A stretch of 64,000 bases of DNA, from the NCBI GenBank assembly GCA_963797495.1, contig CAWCPN010000002.1, forward strand, positions 3,815,880 to 3,879,879. Reading direction: 5' to 3'. The DNA is from an uncultured Acidobacteriota bacterium. Lineage in GTDB: Bacteria > Acidobacteriota > Thermoanaerobaculia > UBA5066 > Gp7-AA6. The translations under genes were made by a program, and so were the position numbers. Positions 63,439 to 64,000 of the stretch are shown here, piece after piece. Below the pieces are notes generated by a model. The model was not told the origin of the DNA, made no database searches, and was given only the letters and a program-made list of their open reading frames with translations. The number at the start of each line of letters is the position of its first letter. Within the stretch, counting starts at the first letter, position 1.

Positions 63439-64000
63439 GCGGCGGCCGGAATGCGGAGAATCTCCCGCGCCTGGTCGATCGAAGCCGGCTCGCGGCCCAC
63501 CTCGCGGGCGATCCGGACGACACGCTCGACGAAGCGGGCGTTGGAGTCGGACAGCTCGCCCTTGCGGTAGTAGATGTTGTCCTCGAACCCCACGCGCACG
63601 TGGCCACCCATCGCGATCGCCAGGGTGGCCATCGACGTCTGCCGCCGTCCGATTCCGGCGACCGTCCAGGTGCAGCCGGCCGGGATCGACCGGGCGAAAT
63701 GCGTCAGGTTCTCGGGCGTGGCGGCGGCCGCGCCGGGGACCCCCAGCACGAAGTCGAAGTGCGCCGGCAACTGCAGGAGGCCCTTCGCAAAGAGGACGTC
63801 GGCGGTGGCGAGCATCCCGACGTCGAAGATCTCGAGTTCCGGCGTGATCCCGAACCGGCGGATCCGTTCGAGGATGGTCCGGATCGTCGGCAGAGGGTTC
63901 TCGAAGACGTCCTCCCCGAAGTTGCACGTGCCCAGCGTCAGGGTCGCCATTTCGGGCTTGAGCTCGAGCGCGGCGATGCGCTCTTCGACGCCCATGCCGA
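63435..64000 (-). CDS. kce: 3-keto-5-aminohexanoate cleavage enzyme (BKACE/DUF849) family, 5' truncated by window
   Basis: LGTCNFG, PELEIFDVG, FVLGVPG, GGHVRVGFEDN. Confidence 0.88.
   Translation of the reverse strand, partial: GMGVEERIAALELKPEMATLTLGTCNFGEDVFENPLPTIRTILERIRRFGITPELEIFDVGMLATADVLFAKGLLQLPAHFDFVLGVPGAAAATPENLTHFARSIPAGCTWTVAGIGRRQTSMATLAIAMGGHVRVGFEDNIYYRKGELSDSNARFVERVVRIAREVGREPASIDQAREILRIPAAA

Overview
This is a roughly 70% GC chromosomal window of core and housekeeping genes from a diderm bacterium. It has Tol-Pal, LptE and Lnt; the gene content and order suggest Acidobacteriota, which is inference. About 63 genes are densely packed and often translationally coupled. I found no tRNA, rRNA, CRISPR array, IS or prophage. 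Contents in order: MTA phosphorylase/PfkB kinase; ribH-nusB-transglutaminase-leuS-lptE; rpsT; a complete tolQRAB-pal-cpoB cluster; a SpoIVB-S55 protease plus beta-propeller pair; a peptide ABC SBP and two permeases plus coaD; ygfZ; small unknown proteins; a NYN nuclease; an archaeal-type (class II) GAPDH homolog; an M1 peptidase; a probable bacterial ceramide cluster (CerR-like reductase, Spt, bCerS-like GNAT); an Aur1/IPC-synthase-like PAP2 gene next to nfeD-stomatin; lipA, lnt and prfB (with the programmed +1 frameshift); a Ser/Thr kinase-TPR-DUF1684 operon; thiolase/hbd/crt; a LeuA-like synthase; xerD; a lytic transglycosylase; a candidate structured ncRNA; and an M28 peptidase-APC permease-Kce operon. 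About 13 short indels break otherwise intact, often essential genes. They are most likely assembly errors; only the prfB shift looks biological. Best leads: the sphingolipid/PAP2/SPFH neighbourhood, the class II GAPDH, the S55/propeller pair beside tol-pal, and the 130-nt structured intergenic element.
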